From: Escherichia coli
GTDB taxonomy: Bacteria; Pseudomonadota; Gammaproteobacteria; Enterobacterales; Enterobacteriaceae
DNA length: 64,000 bases
Strand: one strand, 5' to 3'
Assembly: GCF_022846255.1 (NCBI RefSeq)
Contig: NZ_AP025682.1
The stretch's first letter is position 1. Each line of letters begins with the position of its first letter. The position numbers and the translations under genes were made by a program. Below the pieces are notes generated by a model. It did no database searches and was not told the origin of the DNA. It was given only the letters and a program-made list of their open reading frames with translations. Shown here piece after piece: positions 31,659 through 42,301 of this stretch.

Positions 31659-33379
31659 GCCAGGGATTCCTGCACATGAAGACTGGCAGCATAAGCCTTC
31701 TGATAACGTTTTTTCGCTTCCGCACGGGCAGGCTTGCCGGAGGATGTTCGGGGAATACTGTGGGGCGGCAACAGATCGATATCCGCGGTAACGCCAAATT
31801 CGCTTTGGATCCGAGCTGCCAGCGCGTGGATAAGCTGCCCGCGACGTTCTTCGTCGCTGATCCGACACTGGATCTGCAAAATGATTTTTTCCTGGGCGGT
31901 AACAAAAGCAATCGCATCGCCAGAATGAATTTCCGGCTCCTGTTCCGCAATGTATTCAATATCCTGCGGCCAGATATTACGGCCACGAATAATAATCAGA
32001 TCTTTAATGCGTCCGGTGACATACAGATAACCGTCCAGCAGATAACCAAGGTCTCCGGTGTCTAACCAGCCCGTCGCGGCAATCTCGTCTTGCGAAACCT
32101 GGTCGCCAAAGTACCCGCTCATCAGGCTGGGGCCGGAGATGCAAATATGGCCTACCACACGTTCCGCGACAGGTATATCTGCTTCATTGCGGATTTCAAT
32201 GCCATGTTCCGGCAACGCTTTACCGCAGTTGACGAAAGTCGATACGGCGCGTGTTTCAGCACCCGGCGCGACGGCTTTACCCTGGTATTCGAGGATGTCG
32301 CGATCCACTTCGTTAACCACAACCCCGCAGGCTTCATCAGAGAAGCTGACAGCCAGCGCATTTTCTGCCAGTCCGTAGCACGGCATGAAAGTTTTATCGT
32401 CAAAGTTAACCTGACGGAAACATTCAGCGAATTGATGGAGTTGTTCTGCGGATATGGGTTCTGCGCCAATACCAGCGACGCGCCAGCAGGAAAGATCCAG
32501 TTCAGCGAGATCTTTTTCATTCACGCGGCGCTGGCACAATTCATAGCCAAACGGCGGTGCAACGGAAACGGTGCCACGATTTTTACTGATCAATTTAAGC
32601 CATTGCAGAGGACGCATGGCAAAATCCTGAGTGCGCAAATAATCTACTGAAAGCTGCGTGGCGACGGGGGTCAGGAGAAAGCCGACCAGTCCCATATCAT
32701 GGTAGAAAGGCAGCCAGGAGACGCAGCGGTCGCCAGGGCGTAATTTAATCCCATCGTGGCTTATAGCACGTAGATTAGCCATCACTTCGTGATGGGTGAT
32801 AATGACGCCACGGGGAAAACGGGTGCTGCCGGAGGTGTACTGGAGGTAGGCGATATCGTTTGGAACTGGACGCTGGAGCACAACATCGGCTTCCGGTAAT
32901 GCCTTAAACCAGGCGTGGCTTAAAACATGTAATTCGGGGTTGTTGTTATGCGTCGCGGCATTGACCAGTGGCAACCACTCATCACCAGTGATAATGGCTG
33001 CGGGCTGGCAACTTGCCAGTAAACCCTGCAGTTTGGCGCTCCAGGAATCCCGCTGACCTACGCCCATTGGAATCGCCAACGGGACGGCGACTAAGCCGGC
33101 ATACTGGCAGGCAAAAAAAGCCTCTACAAACCCGCTACTCGTTTCGGCAATCAGCGCCACGCGATCGCCTTTTTTCAGGTTCAGCGATAACAACCTTTTC
33201 GCACCAGCTTCGGCACGCGCTTTTAACGTCTGATATTCCAGTTGATCTTCAAGTTGGCAACGTCTGTCATAAAAATTCATTCCGGCGCTACTCAGAGCGG
33301 CGTAGTCCAAAGCATCAACCAGCGTTGGAAAATCGGCATAGCGCATAGGTAGGGAATGCGTAAAGATTTTATTAGACAT
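31655..33379 (-). CDS. Fatty-acyl-AMP ligase / acyl-ACP synthetase-like adenylating enzyme, about 574 aa
   Basis: AMP-binding motifs YTSGSTRFPRG and GRIKDLIIIRGRNIWPQDIE; start set at ATG 33379 (alternative TTG 33406). Confidence 0.8.
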   Translation of the reverse strand: MSNKIFTHSLPMRYADFPTLVDALDYAALSSAGMNFYDRRCQLEDQLEYQTLKARAEAGAKRLLSLNLKKGDRVALIAETSSGFVEAFFACQYAGLVAVPLAIPMGVGQRDSWSAKLQGLLASCQPAAIITGDEWLPLVNAATHNNNPELHVLSHAWFKALPEADVVLQRPVPNDIAYLQYTSGSTRFPRGVIITHHEVMANLRAISHDGIKLRPGDRCVSWLPFYHDMGLVGFLLTPVATQLSVDYLRTQDFAMRPLQWLKLISKNRGTVSVAPPFGYELCQRRVNEKDLAELDLSCWRVAGIGAEPISAEQLHQFAECFRQVNFDDKTFMPCYGLAENALAVSFSDEACGVVVNEVDRDILEYQGKAVAPGAETRAVSTFVNCGKALPEHGIEIRNEADIPVAERVVGHICISGPSLMSGYFGDQVSQDEIAATGWLDTGDLGYLLDGYLYVTGRIKDLIIIRGRNIWPQDIEYIAEQEPEIHSGDAIAFVTAQEKIILQIQCRISDEERRGQLIHALAARIQSEFGVTADIDLLPPHSIPRTSSGKPARAEAKKRYQKAYAASLHVQESLA

Positions 33380-33749
33380 ATACACCACGAAAAAATTGGA
33401 TATCAAAAATAAAATGACAATAATGCGGTGGATTATATAGGCATAAAAGATAAATGAGATAGTATTTTCATCGGTGTGAAAATGAACATTGATTTAAATA
33501 ATAAGTTTGGCTTTTTTGTTTTTATTGTGAATGATATTTAATTTGTGAATATATTAAGAAGGAGCCTTGTCCGGTCGCCTTAAATCGACAAGAGGCATTG
33601 TGGCGCTTCTGTGTAGTCTTTGACCTTATCGTAATCATTAATAAATACTATTTATTCTTTGTTTGTATTCATTGGGTTGATTATTAAGATGCCGTTCGTT
33701 GCTGTTGCAACCTGTTTTTCACCGTTAATTATTTGTTATCCACAGAGAT

Positions 33750-34892
33750 ATGGAATGCGATCTGCTGATGATTAAAATTGAAAAAGTAATTAATAAAAAA
33801 GACCTTAAGGCATTTATCGCTTTTCCGTCATCACTTTATCCCGATGATCCAAACTGGATACCCCCTTTATTCATTGAACGTAGCGAGCATTTGTCTGCGA
33901 AGAATCCGGGGACGGACCATATCATCTGGCAGGCGTGGGTGGCAAAAAAAGCGGGGCAGATAGTTGGGCGTATTACCGCGCAAATAGATACCTTGCACCG
34001 TGAGCGTTACGGTGAAGATACCGGTCATTTCGGAATGATTGATGCCATTGATGATCCGCAGGTTTTTGCCGCGTTGTTTGGCGCAGCGGAGGCGTGGTTG
34101 AAGTCACAAGGTGCAAGTAAGATCAGCGGGCCTTTCAGCCTGAATATCAATCAGGAAAGCGGATTACTGATTGAAGGTTTTGACACACCTCCCTGTGCGA
34201 TGATGCCACACGGCAAACCGTGGTATGCCGCGCATATTGAACAACTGGGTTATCACAAAGGCATTGATTTACTGGCGTGGTGGATGCAGCGAACCGATCT
34301 CACTTTCTCTCCGGCGCTAAAAAAACTGATGGATCAGGTGCGCAAAAAAGTGACCATTCGCTGCATCAATCGCCAGCGGTTTGCCGAAGAGATGCAGATC
34401 CTGCGTGAGATTTTCAATTCTGGCTGGCAGCACAACTGGGGATTTGTGCCGTTTACCGAACATGAATTCGCGACCATGGGCGATCAACTTAAATATCTGG
34501 TGCCGGACGATATGATCTACATCGCTGAGATTGATTCTGCACCCTGCGCGTTTATTGTTGGCTTGCCGAACATCAACGAGGCGATTACCGATCTGAACGG
34601 ATCGCTCTTTCCCTTCGGCTGGGCAAAATTGCTGTGGCGTTTGAAAGTCAGCGGTGTGCGAACTGCGCGAGTGCCGCTGATGGGCGTGCGGGACGAGTAT
34701 CAGTTCAGCCGCATCGGCCCGGTGATTGCGCTGTTATTGATTGAAGCCTTACGCGATCCGTTTGCCCGCCGGAAGATCGATGCGCTGGAAATGTCATGGA
34801 TCCTCGAAACCAATACAGGCATGAATAACATGCTGGAACGCATTGGGGCGGAGCCGTACAAGCGTTACCGATTGTATGAAAAGCAGATTTGA
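33750..34892 (+). CDS. yghO: Uncharacterised protein, possible N-acyltransferase; start uncertain (ATG 33750 or 33768), 380 aa
   Basis: ORF divergent from the lipid operon and convergent with glcC; symbol assigned by position relative to glcC from memory. Confidence 0.6.
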   Translation: MECDLLMIKIEKVINKKDLKAFIAFPSSLYPDDPNWIPPLFIERSEHLSAKNPGTDHIIWQAWVAKKAGQIVGRITAQIDTLHRERYGEDTGHFGMIDAIDDPQVFAALFGAAEAWLKSQGASKISGPFSLNINQESGLLIEGFDTPPCAMMPHGKPWYAAHIEQLGYHKGIDLLAWWMQRTDLTFSPALKKLMDQVRKKVTIRCINRQRFAEEMQILREIFNSGWQHNWGFVPFTEHEFATMGDQLKYLVPDDMIYIAEIDSAPCAFIVGLPNINEAITDLNGSLFPFGWAKLLWRLKVSGVRTARVPLMGVRDEYQFSRIGPVIALLLIEALRDPFARRKIDALEMSWILETNTGMNNMLERIGAEPYKRYRLYEKQI

Positions 34893-34898
34893 TGGCAG

Positions 34899-35663
34899 TC
34901 ACCCCTGCTTCATCTCCAGCGGCACCGCCGAGCGAATCAAATGGTGGCCTTCCAGCTCGATATCGTGGAGATTCTTTTTCACGGTCCGCACATGATCGCG
35001 TGCTGCGCGCTGGGCAACGTGCGGCAGCCGCTGCAACACCGCGTTGTAGATCCGCGCATGCTGGCGATCGATCTGCTTTTTTTGCTGTGGTCGATGGTAG
35101 AGATTATTTACGCTGGCAAACACCGAATTAAACATCAGGTCGGTCAATGATTGCAGCGTAAACACCAGCACCTGATTGTGAGAAGCCTGACAAATGGCGA
35201 GATGGAAAGCGTGATCCAACTGCGCATGTTCGATCAGCGAAATCTCTTTGTTGTTCTCACTGACGGCGAGCATTTTTTCATAACAGCGGGTTATCACAAC
35301 AAAATCAGCCTGGGTTCCCAGCGTTGCCGCCAGCCTTGCCGATTCGCCCTCCAGTAATGCGCGAACGTCGAGCAGATCGTACAACGTTCGCGGCTGCGTA
35401 CTGAACAGATGGATCAGCGGGCTGGTGTCCTGCACCCGATTAAGCCGTGCGACACGAGAATCGCGACCCTGCGCCGTTTCAATAATCCCGCGCCCGCGCA
35501 GCACGGTCAGCCCTTCACGCAGTGCGGAGCGTGAGAAGCCGAGCTTTTCACACAGTCGACGTTCCGAGGGAAGCGGCTGACCGACCTTCAGTACGCCGTC
35601 GATAATTAACCGTTCGATACTTTCTGCAACCACTTCGCAAATAGGGCGACGTTCATCTTTCAT
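34899..35663 (-). CDS. glcC: GntR/FadR-family transcriptional activator of the glycolate operon, 254 aa
   Basis: ORF-track 274 aa trimmed to MKDERRPICEVV; N-terminal winged HTH; divergent from glcD. Confidence 0.92.
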   Translation of the reverse strand: MKDERRPICEVVAESIERLIIDGVLKVGQPLPSERRLCEKLGFSRSALREGLTVLRGRGIIETAQGRDSRVARLNRVQDTSPLIHLFSTQPRTLYDLLDVRALLEGESARLAATLGTQADFVVITRCYEKMLAVSENNKEISLIEHAQLDHAFHLAICQASHNQVLVFTLQSLTDLMFNSVFASVNNLYHRPQQKKQIDRQHARIYNAVLQRLPHVAQRAARDHVRTVKKNLHDIELEGHHLIRSAVPLEMKQG

Positions 35664-35913
35664 TCCCGGACCTCGTGCACAGGTAGGACCAATTTTTCTG
35701 TTCTTAACTCGCAAAACACGCACATCACGTAAGTGATTATGTTACATCAATTTAACATTAAGTTAACCAAAGCAAGGTCACAGAGCTGGAAAAAAAATGG
35801 TCTGACCGGTAGCTAAAGAGATAGACGAAAACGAAAAGCCCGCTTAATAACTGTTCACAGAAGCAGCGCGAAAAAATCAGCTGCCACACAACACAACAAA
35901 GCGAACCCTACTC

Positions 35914-37413
35914 ATGAGCATCTTGTACGAAGAGCGTCTTGATGGCGCTTTACCCGAAGTCGACCGCACATCGGTACTGATGGCACTGCGTGAGCATGTC
36001 CCTGGACTGGAGATCCTGCATACCGATGAGGAGATCATTCCTTACGAGTGTGACGGGTTGAGCGCGTATCGCACGCGTCCATTACTGGTTGTTCTGCCTA
36101 AGCAGATGGAACAGGTGACGGCGATTCTGGCTGTCTGCCACCGCCTGCGTGTGCCGGTGGTGACCCGTGGCGCAGGCACCGGGCTTTCTGGTGGCGCGCT
36201 GCCGCTGGAAAAAGGTGTGTTGTTGGTGATGGCGCGCTTTAAAGAGATCCTCGACATTAACCCCATCGGTCGCCGCGCGCGCGTGCAGCCGGGCGTGCGT
36301 AACCTGGCGATCTCCCAGGCCGTTGCGCCGCATAATCTCTATTACGCGCCGGATCCGTCCTCACAAATCGCCTGTTCGATTGGCGGCAATGTGGCGGAAA
36401 ATGCCGGTGGCGTTCACTGCCTGAAATATGGTCTAACCGTACATAACCTGCTGAAAATTGAAGTGCAAACGCTGGATGGCGAGGCGCTGACGCTGGGATC
36501 GGACGCGCTGGATTCGCCTGGTTTTGACCTGCTGGCGCTGTTTACCGGATCGGAAGGCATGCTTGGCGTGACCACCGAAGTGACGGTAAAGCTGCTGCCG
36601 AAGCCGCCCGTGGCGCGGGTTCTGTTAGCCAGCTTTGACTCGGTAGAAAAAGCCGGACTTGCGGTTGGTGACATCATCGCCAATGGCATTATCCCCGGCG
36701 GGCTGGAGATGATGGATAACCTGTCGATTCGCGCGGCGGAAGATTTTATTCATGCCGGTTATCCCGTCGATGCCGAAGCGATTTTGTTATGCGAACTGGA
36801 CGGCGTGGAGTCTGACGTACAGGAAGACTGCGAGCAGGTTAACGACATCTTGTTGAACGCGGGTGCGACTGACGTCCGTCTGGCACAGGACGAAGCAGAG
36901 CGCGTACGTTTCTGGGCCGGTCGCAAAAATGCGTTCCCGGCGGTAGGACGTATCTCCCCGGATTACTACTGCATGGATGGCACCATCCCGCGCCGCGCCC
37001 TGCCTGGCGTACTGGAAGGCATTGCCCGTTTATCGCAGCAATATGATTTACGCGTTGCCAACGTCTTTCATGCCGGAGACGGCAACATGCACCCGTTAAT
37101 CCTTTTCGATGCCAACGAACCCGGTGAATTTGCCCGCGCGGAAGAACTGGGCGGGAAGATCCTCGAACTCTGCGTTGAAGTTGGCGGCAGCATCAGTGGG
37201 GAACATGGCATCGGGCGCGAAAAAATCAATCAAATGTGCGCCCAGTTCAACAGCGATGAAATCACGACCTTCCATGCGGTCAAGGCGGCGTTTGACCCCG
37301 ATGGTTTGCTGAACCCAGGAAAAAACATTCCCACGCTACACCGCTGTGCTGAATTTGGTGCCATGCATGTGCATCACGGTCATTTACCTTTTCCTGAACT
37401 GGAGCGTTTCTGA
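35914..37413 (+). CDS. glcD: Glycolate oxidase FAD-binding subunit, 499 aa
   Basis: FAD-binding PCMH-type domain motifs; first gene of glc operon. Confidence 0.95.
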   Translation: MSILYEERLDGALPEVDRTSVLMALREHVPGLEILHTDEEIIPYECDGLSAYRTRPLLVVLPKQMEQVTAILAVCHRLRVPVVTRGAGTGLSGGALPLEKGVLLVMARFKEILDINPIGRRARVQPGVRNLAISQAVAPHNLYYAPDPSSQIACSIGGNVAENAGGVHCLKYGLTVHNLLKIEVQTLDGEALTLGSDALDSPGFDLLALFTGSEGMLGVTTEVTVKLLPKPPVARVLLASFDSVEKAGLAVGDIIANGIIPGGLEMMDNLSIRAAEDFIHAGYPVDAEAILLCELDGVESDVQEDCEQVNDILLNAGATDVRLAQDEAERVRFWAGRKNAFPAVGRISPDYYCMDGTIPRRALPGVLEGIARLSQQYDLRVANVFHAGDGNMHPLILFDANEPGEFARAEELGGKILELCVEVGGSISGEHGIGREKINQMCAQFNSDEITTFHAVKAAFDPDGLLNPGKNIPTLHRCAEFGAMHVHHGHLPFPELERF

Positions 37414-38465
37414 TGCTACGCGAGTGTGATTACAGCCAGGCGCTGCTGGAGCAGGTGAATCAGGCGATTAGCGATAAAACGCCGCTGGTGATTCAGGGCA
37501 GCAATAGCAAAGCCTTTTTAGGTCGCCCTGTCACCGGGCAAACGCTGGATGTGCGTTGTCATCGCGGCATTGTTAATTACGACCCGACCGAGTTGGTGAT
37601 AACCGCGCGTGCCGGAACGCCGCTGGTGGCGATTGAAGCAGCGCTGGAGAGCGCCGGGCAACTGCTCCCCTGCGAGCCGCCGCATTATGGTGAAGAAGCC
37701 ACCTGGGGCGGGATGGTCGCTTGCGGGCTGGCGGGGCCGCGTCGCCCGTGGAGTGGTTCGGTCCGCGATTTTGTCCTCGGCACGCGCATCATTACCGGCA
37801 CTGGAAAACATCTGCGTTTTGGTGGCGAAGTGATGAAAAACGTTGCCGGATACGATCTCTCACGGTTAATGGCCGGAAGCTACGGTTGTCTTGGCGTGCT
37901 CACTGAAATCTCGATGAAAGTGTTACCGCGACCGCGCGCCTCCCTGAGCCTGCGTCGGGAAATCAGCCTGCAAGAAGCCATGAATGAAATCGCCCAGTGG
38001 CAACTCCAGCCGCTACCCATTAGTGGCTTATGTTACTTCGACAATGCGTTGTGGATCCGCCTTGAGGGCGGCGAAGGATCGGTAAAAGCAGCGCGTGAAC
38101 TGCTGGGTGGCGAAGAGGTTGCAGGTCAGTTCTGGCAGCAATTGCGTGAACAACAACTGCCGTTCTTCTCGTTACCAGGTACCTTATGGCGCATTTCATT
38201 ACCCAGTGATGCGCCGATGATGGATTTACCCGGCGAGCAACTGATCGACTGGGGCGGGGCGTTACGCTGGCTGAAATCGACAGCCGATGACAATCAAATC
38301 CATCGCATTGCCCGCAACGCTGGCGGTCATGCGACCCGCTTTAGTGCCGGAGATGGTGGCTTTGCCCCGCTACCGGCTCCTTTATTCCGCTATCACCAGC
38401 AGCTTAAACAGCAGCTCGACCCTTGCGGCGTGTTTAATCCCGGTCGCATGTACGCGGAGCTTTAA
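37413..38465 (+). CDS. glcE: Glycolate oxidase FAD-binding subunit, 350 aa
   Basis: ATG overlaps glcD stop; FAD-linked oxidase family. Confidence 0.93.
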   Translation: MLRECDYSQALLEQVNQAISDKTPLVIQGSNSKAFLGRPVTGQTLDVRCHRGIVNYDPTELVITARAGTPLVAIEAALESAGQLLPCEPPHYGEEATWGGMVACGLAGPRRPWSGSVRDFVLGTRIITGTGKHLRFGGEVMKNVAGYDLSRLMAGSYGCLGVLTEISMKVLPRPRASLSLRREISLQEAMNEIAQWQLQPLPISGLCYFDNALWIRLEGGEGSVKAARELLGGEEVAGQFWQQLREQQLPFFSLPGTLWRISLPSDAPMMDLPGEQLIDWGGALRWLKSTADDNQIHRIARNAGGHATRFSAGDGGFAPLPAPLFRYHQQLKQQLDPCGVFNPGRMYAEL

Positions 38466-38475
38466 GGAGCAGGCT

Positions 38476-39699
38476 ATGCAAACCCAATTAACCGAAGAGA
38501 TGCGGCAGAACGCGCGGGCGCTGGAAGCCGACAGCATCCTGCGCGCCTGTGTTCACTGCGGATTTTGTACCGCAACCTGCCCAACCTATCAGCTCCTGGG
38601 CGATGAACTGGACGGGCCGCGCGGGCGCATCTATCTGATTAAACAGGTGCTGGAAGGCAACGAAGTCACGCTTAAAACACAGGAGCATCTCGATCGCTGC
38701 CTCACTTGCCGCAATTGTGAAACCACCTGTCCTTCTGGTGTGCGTTATCACAATTTGCTGGATATCGGGCGTGATATTGTCGAGCAGAAAGTGAAACGCC
38801 CACTGCCGGAGCGAATGCTGCGCGAAGGATTGCGCCATGTAGTGCCGCGTCCGGCGGTCTTCCGTGCGCTGACGCAGGTAGGGCTGGTGCTGCGACCGTT
38901 TTTACCGGAACAGGTCAGAGCAAAACTGCCTGCTGAAACCGTGAAAGCTAAACCGCGTCCACCGCTGCGCCATAAGCGTCGGGTTTTAATGCTGGAAGGC
39001 TGCGCCCAGCCTACGCTTTCGCCCAACACCAACGCGGCAACTGCGCGAGTGCTGGATCGTCTGGGGATCAGCGTCATGCCAGCTAACGAAGCAGGCTGTT
39101 GTGGCGCGGTGGACTATCATCTTAATGCGCAAGAGAAAGGGTTAGCGCGGGCGCGCAATAATATTGATGCCTGGTGGCCCGCGATTGAAGCAGGTGCCGA
39201 GGCAATTTTGCAAACCGCCAGCGGTTGTGGCGCGTTTGTCAAAGAGTATGGGCAGATGCTGAAAAACGATGCGTTGTATGCCGATAAAGCGCGTCAGGTC
39301 AGTGAGCTGGCGGTCGATTTAGTCGAACTTCTGTGCAAGGAACCGCTGGAAAAACTGGCAATTCGCGGCGATAAAAAACTGGCCTTCCACTGCCCGTGTA
39401 CCCTACAACATGCGCAAAAGCTGAACGGCGAAGTGGAAAAAGTGTTGCTTCGTCTTGGATTTACCTTAACGGACGTTCCCGACAGCCATCTGTGCTGCGG
39501 TTCAGCGGGAACATATGCGTTAACGCATCCCGGTCTGGCACGCCAGCTGCGGGATAACAAAATGAACGCGCTGGAAAGCGGCAAACCGGAAATGATCGTC
39601 ACCGCCAACATTGGTTGCCAGACGCATCTGGCGAGCGCCGGTCGTACCTCTGTGCGTCACTGGATTGAAATTGTAGAACAAGCCCTTGAAAAGGAATAA
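38476..39699 (+). CDS. glcF: Glycolate oxidase iron-sulfur subunit, 407 aa
   Basis: ORF-track 470 aa trimmed to MQTQLTEEMRQ with AGGAG RBS; two CxxCxxCxxxCP motifs. Confidence 0.93.
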   Translation: MQTQLTEEMRQNARALEADSILRACVHCGFCTATCPTYQLLGDELDGPRGRIYLIKQVLEGNEVTLKTQEHLDRCLTCRNCETTCPSGVRYHNLLDIGRDIVEQKVKRPLPERMLREGLRHVVPRPAVFRALTQVGLVLRPFLPEQVRAKLPAETVKAKPRPPLRHKRRVLMLEGCAQPTLSPNTNAATARVLDRLGISVMPANEAGCCGAVDYHLNAQEKGLARARNNIDAWWPAIEAGAEAILQTASGCGAFVKEYGQMLKNDALYADKARQVSELAVDLVELLCKEPLEKLAIRGDKKLAFHCPCTLQHAQKLNGEVEKVLLRLGFTLTDVPDSHLCCGSAGTYALTHPGLARQLRDNKMNALESGKPEMIVTANIGCQTHLASAGRTSVRHWIEIVEQALEKE

Positions 39700-39703
39700 C
39701 AAA

Positions 39704-40108
39704 ATGAAAACTAAAGTCATTCTTAGCCAGCAAATGGCGAGTGCAATTATTGCCGCAGGTCAGGAAGAGGCGCAGAAAAATAACTGGTCTGTTTCCATTG
39801 CTGTTGCCGATGACGGCGGTCATCTGCTGGCGTTAAGTCGCATGGACGATTGCGCGCCGATTGCGGCTTACATCTCCCAGGAGAAAGCGCGTACCGCCGC
39901 GCTGGGGCGTCGTGAAACTAAGGGCTATGAAGAGATGGTGAACAACGGACGTACCGCGTTCGTGACTGCGCCGTTACTGACGTCGCTGGAAGGTGGCGTA
40001 CCGGTTGTTGTGAATGGGCAAATTATTGGTGCCGTGGGCGTTTCTGGTTTAACCGGAGCACAGGATGCGCAGGTCGCGAAAGCGGCAGCAGCGGTGTTGG
40101 CGAAATAA
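39704..40108 (+). CDS. glcG: GlcG (heme-degrading/DUF336 family) protein, 134 aa
   Basis: ORF-track 140 aa trimmed to MKTKVILSQQ. Confidence 0.88.
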   Translation: MKTKVILSQQMASAIIAAGQEEAQKNNWSVSIAVADDGGHLLALSRMDDCAPIAAYISQEKARTAALGRRETKGYEEMVNNGRTAFVTAPLLTSLEGGVPVVVNGQIIGAVGVSGLTGAQDAQVAKAAAAVLAK

Positions 40109-40129
40109 GCGAAAACGAGGAGATAAACA

Positions 40130-42301
40130 ATGAGTCAAACCATAATCCAGGGCCGTTTACGCATTGACGCCAATTTTAAACGTTTTGTGGATGAAGAAGT
40201 TTTACCTGGCGTGGAACTGGATGCTGCCGCGTTCTGGCGCAATATTGATGAGATCGTTCACGATCTGGCGCCAGAGAATCGTCAGTTGCTGGCAGAGCGC
40301 GATCGCATTCAGGCGGCGCTTGATGAGTGGCATCGCAGCAATCCGGGGCCGGTAAAAGATAAAGCGGCCTATAAATCTTTCCTGCGTGAACTGGGCTACC
40401 TGGTGCCACAACCGGATCGCGTGACGGTGGAAACCACGGGCATTGACAGCGAAATCACCAGCCAGGCGGGGCCACAGCTGGTGGTTCCGGCAATGAACGC
40501 CCGCTACGCGCTGAACGCGGCGAACGCTCGCTGGGGCTCACTGTACGATGCGTTATACGGCAGCGACATCATCCCGCAGGAAGGGGCGATGGTCAGCGGC
40601 TACGATCCGCAGCGCGGTGAGCAGGTTATCGCCTGGGTTCGGCGTTTCCTCGATGAATCACTACCGCTGGAAAACGGCAGCTATCAGGATGTGGTGGCGC
40701 TTAAGGTGGTTGATAAACAATTACGCATCCAGTTGAAAAATGGTAAAGAAACCACGTTACGCACCCCGGCGCAGTTTGTCGGTTACCGTGGCAATGCCGC
40801 TGCGCCGTCCTGCATTTTGCTGAAAAATAACGGCCTGCATATTGAGCTGCAAATCGATGCCAACGGGCGGATTGGCAAAGACGATCCGGCGCACATCAAC
40901 GATGTTATCGTCGAAGCGGCCATCAGTACCATTCTCGACTGCGAAGATTCGGTCGCGGCGGTTGATGCGGAAGATAAAATCCTGCTGTACCGCAATCTGC
41001 TGGGTCTGATGCAGGGGACTCTGCAAGAGAAAATGGAGAAAAACGGTCGGCAAATCGTGCGTAAACTGAATGACGATCGTCAGTACACCGCTGCCGACGG
41101 CTCTGAAATTTCTCTGCACGGGCGTTCGCTGCTGTTTATCCGCAACGTGGGTCATTTGATGACCATTCCTGTGATTTGGGACAGCGAAGGCAATGAAATC
41201 CCGGAAGGCATTCTTGATGGCGTCATGACTGGCGCGATTGCCCTCTATGATTTAAAAGTGCAGAAAAACTCGCGCACTGGCAGCGTCTATATTGTGAAAC
41301 CGAAAATGCACGGTCCGCATGAAGTGGCGTTCGCCAACAAACTGTTTACCCGCATTGAGACAATGCTCGGTATGGCACCGAATACCCTGAAAATGGGCAT
41401 TATGGATGAAGAACGTCGGACCTCGCTGAACTTGCGTAGCTGTATCGCTCAGGCGCGTAACCGCGTGGCGTTCATCAATACCGGTTTCCTCGACCGTACC
41501 GGCGATGAAATGCATTCGGTGATGGAAGCTGGCCCGATGCTGCGTAAAAACCAGATGAAATCGACGCCGTGGATCAAAGCCTACGAACGTAATAACGTGC
41601 TTTCCGGTCTGTTCTGTGGGCTGCGCGGTAAAGCGCAAATCGGTAAAGGCATGTGGGCAATGCCGGACCTGATGGCAGACATGTACAGCCAGAAGGGCGA
41701 CCAACTGCGTGCCGGGGCAAACACGGCCTGGGTTCCGTCACCAACCGCTGCTACGCTCCATGCGCTGCACTACCACCAAACCAACGTACAGAGCGTGCAA
41801 GCTAACATTGCCCAGACCGAGTTCAATGCTGAATTTGAACCGCTGCTGGACGATCTGTTGACTATTCCGGTTGCTGAAAACGCTAACTGGTCGGTGGAAG
41901 AGATCCAACAAGAGCTGGATAACAACGTGCAGGGGATTCTGGGGTACGTGGTGCGTTGGGTGGAGCAGGGGATTGGTTGTTCAAAAGTGCCGGATATTCA
42001 CAACGTGGCGTTGATGGAAGACCGCGCAACGCTGCGCATCTCCAGCCAGCATATCGCCAACTGGTTACGTCACGGTATTCTGACCAAAGAACAGGTGCAG
42101 GCGTCGCTGGAGAATATGGCGAAAGTGGTGGATCAGCAAAACGCTGGCGATCCGGCTTATCGGCCGATGGCGGGGAATTTCGCTAACTCGTGTGCCTTTA
42201 AGGCTGCCAGCGATTTAATCTTCCTCGGCGTGAAACAGCCAAACGGTTATACCGAACCGTTATTACACGCCTGGCGTTTACGCGAAAAAGAAAGTCATTA
42301 A
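40130..42301 (+). CDS. glcB: Malate synthase G, 723 aa
   Basis: [28 protein letters not shown]-terminus; size typical of malate synthase G. Confidence 0.95.
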   Translation: MSQTIIQGRLRIDANFKRFVDEEVLPGVELDAAAFWRNIDEIVHDLAPENRQLLAERDRIQAALDEWHRSNPGPVKDKAAYKSFLRELGYLVPQPDRVTVETTGIDSEITSQAGPQLVVPAMNARYALNAANARWGSLYDALYGSDIIPQEGAMVSGYDPQRGEQVIAWVRRFLDESLPLENGSYQDVVALKVVDKQLRIQLKNGKETTLRTPAQFVGYRGNAAAPSCILLKNNGLHIELQIDANGRIGKDDPAHINDVIVEAAISTILDCEDSVAAVDAEDKILLYRNLLGLMQGTLQEKMEKNGRQIVRKLNDDRQYTAADGSEISLHGRSLLFIRNVGHLMTIPVIWDSEGNEIPEGILDGVMTGAIALYDLKVQKNSRTGSVYIVKPKMHGPHEVAFANKLFTRIETMLGMAPNTLKMGIMDEERRTSLNLRSCIAQARNRVAFINTGFLDRTGDEMHSVMEAGPMLRKNQMKSTPWIKAYERNNVLSGLFCGLRGKAQIGKGMWAMPDLMADMYSQKGDQLRAGANTAWVPSPTAATLHALHYHQTNVQSVQANIAQTEFNAEFEPLLDDLLTIPVAENANWSVEEIQQELDNNVQGILGYVVRWVEQGIGCSKVPDIHNVALMEDRATLRISSQHIANWLRHGILTKEQVQASLENMAKVVDQQNAGDPAYRPMAGNFANSCAFKAASDLIFLGVKQPNGYTEPLLHAWRLREKESH

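Noticed and set aside
25685-34892. Accessory block as a mobile genetic element
   Set aside because: No integrase or transposase ORFs, no tRNA attachment site and no flanking direct repeats seen in the window
38287-38475. Extended N-terminus of glcF (ORF-track 470 aa)
   Set aside because: Extension overlaps the end of glcE in another frame; ATG at 38476 has an AGGAG RBS and gives the expected 407 aa
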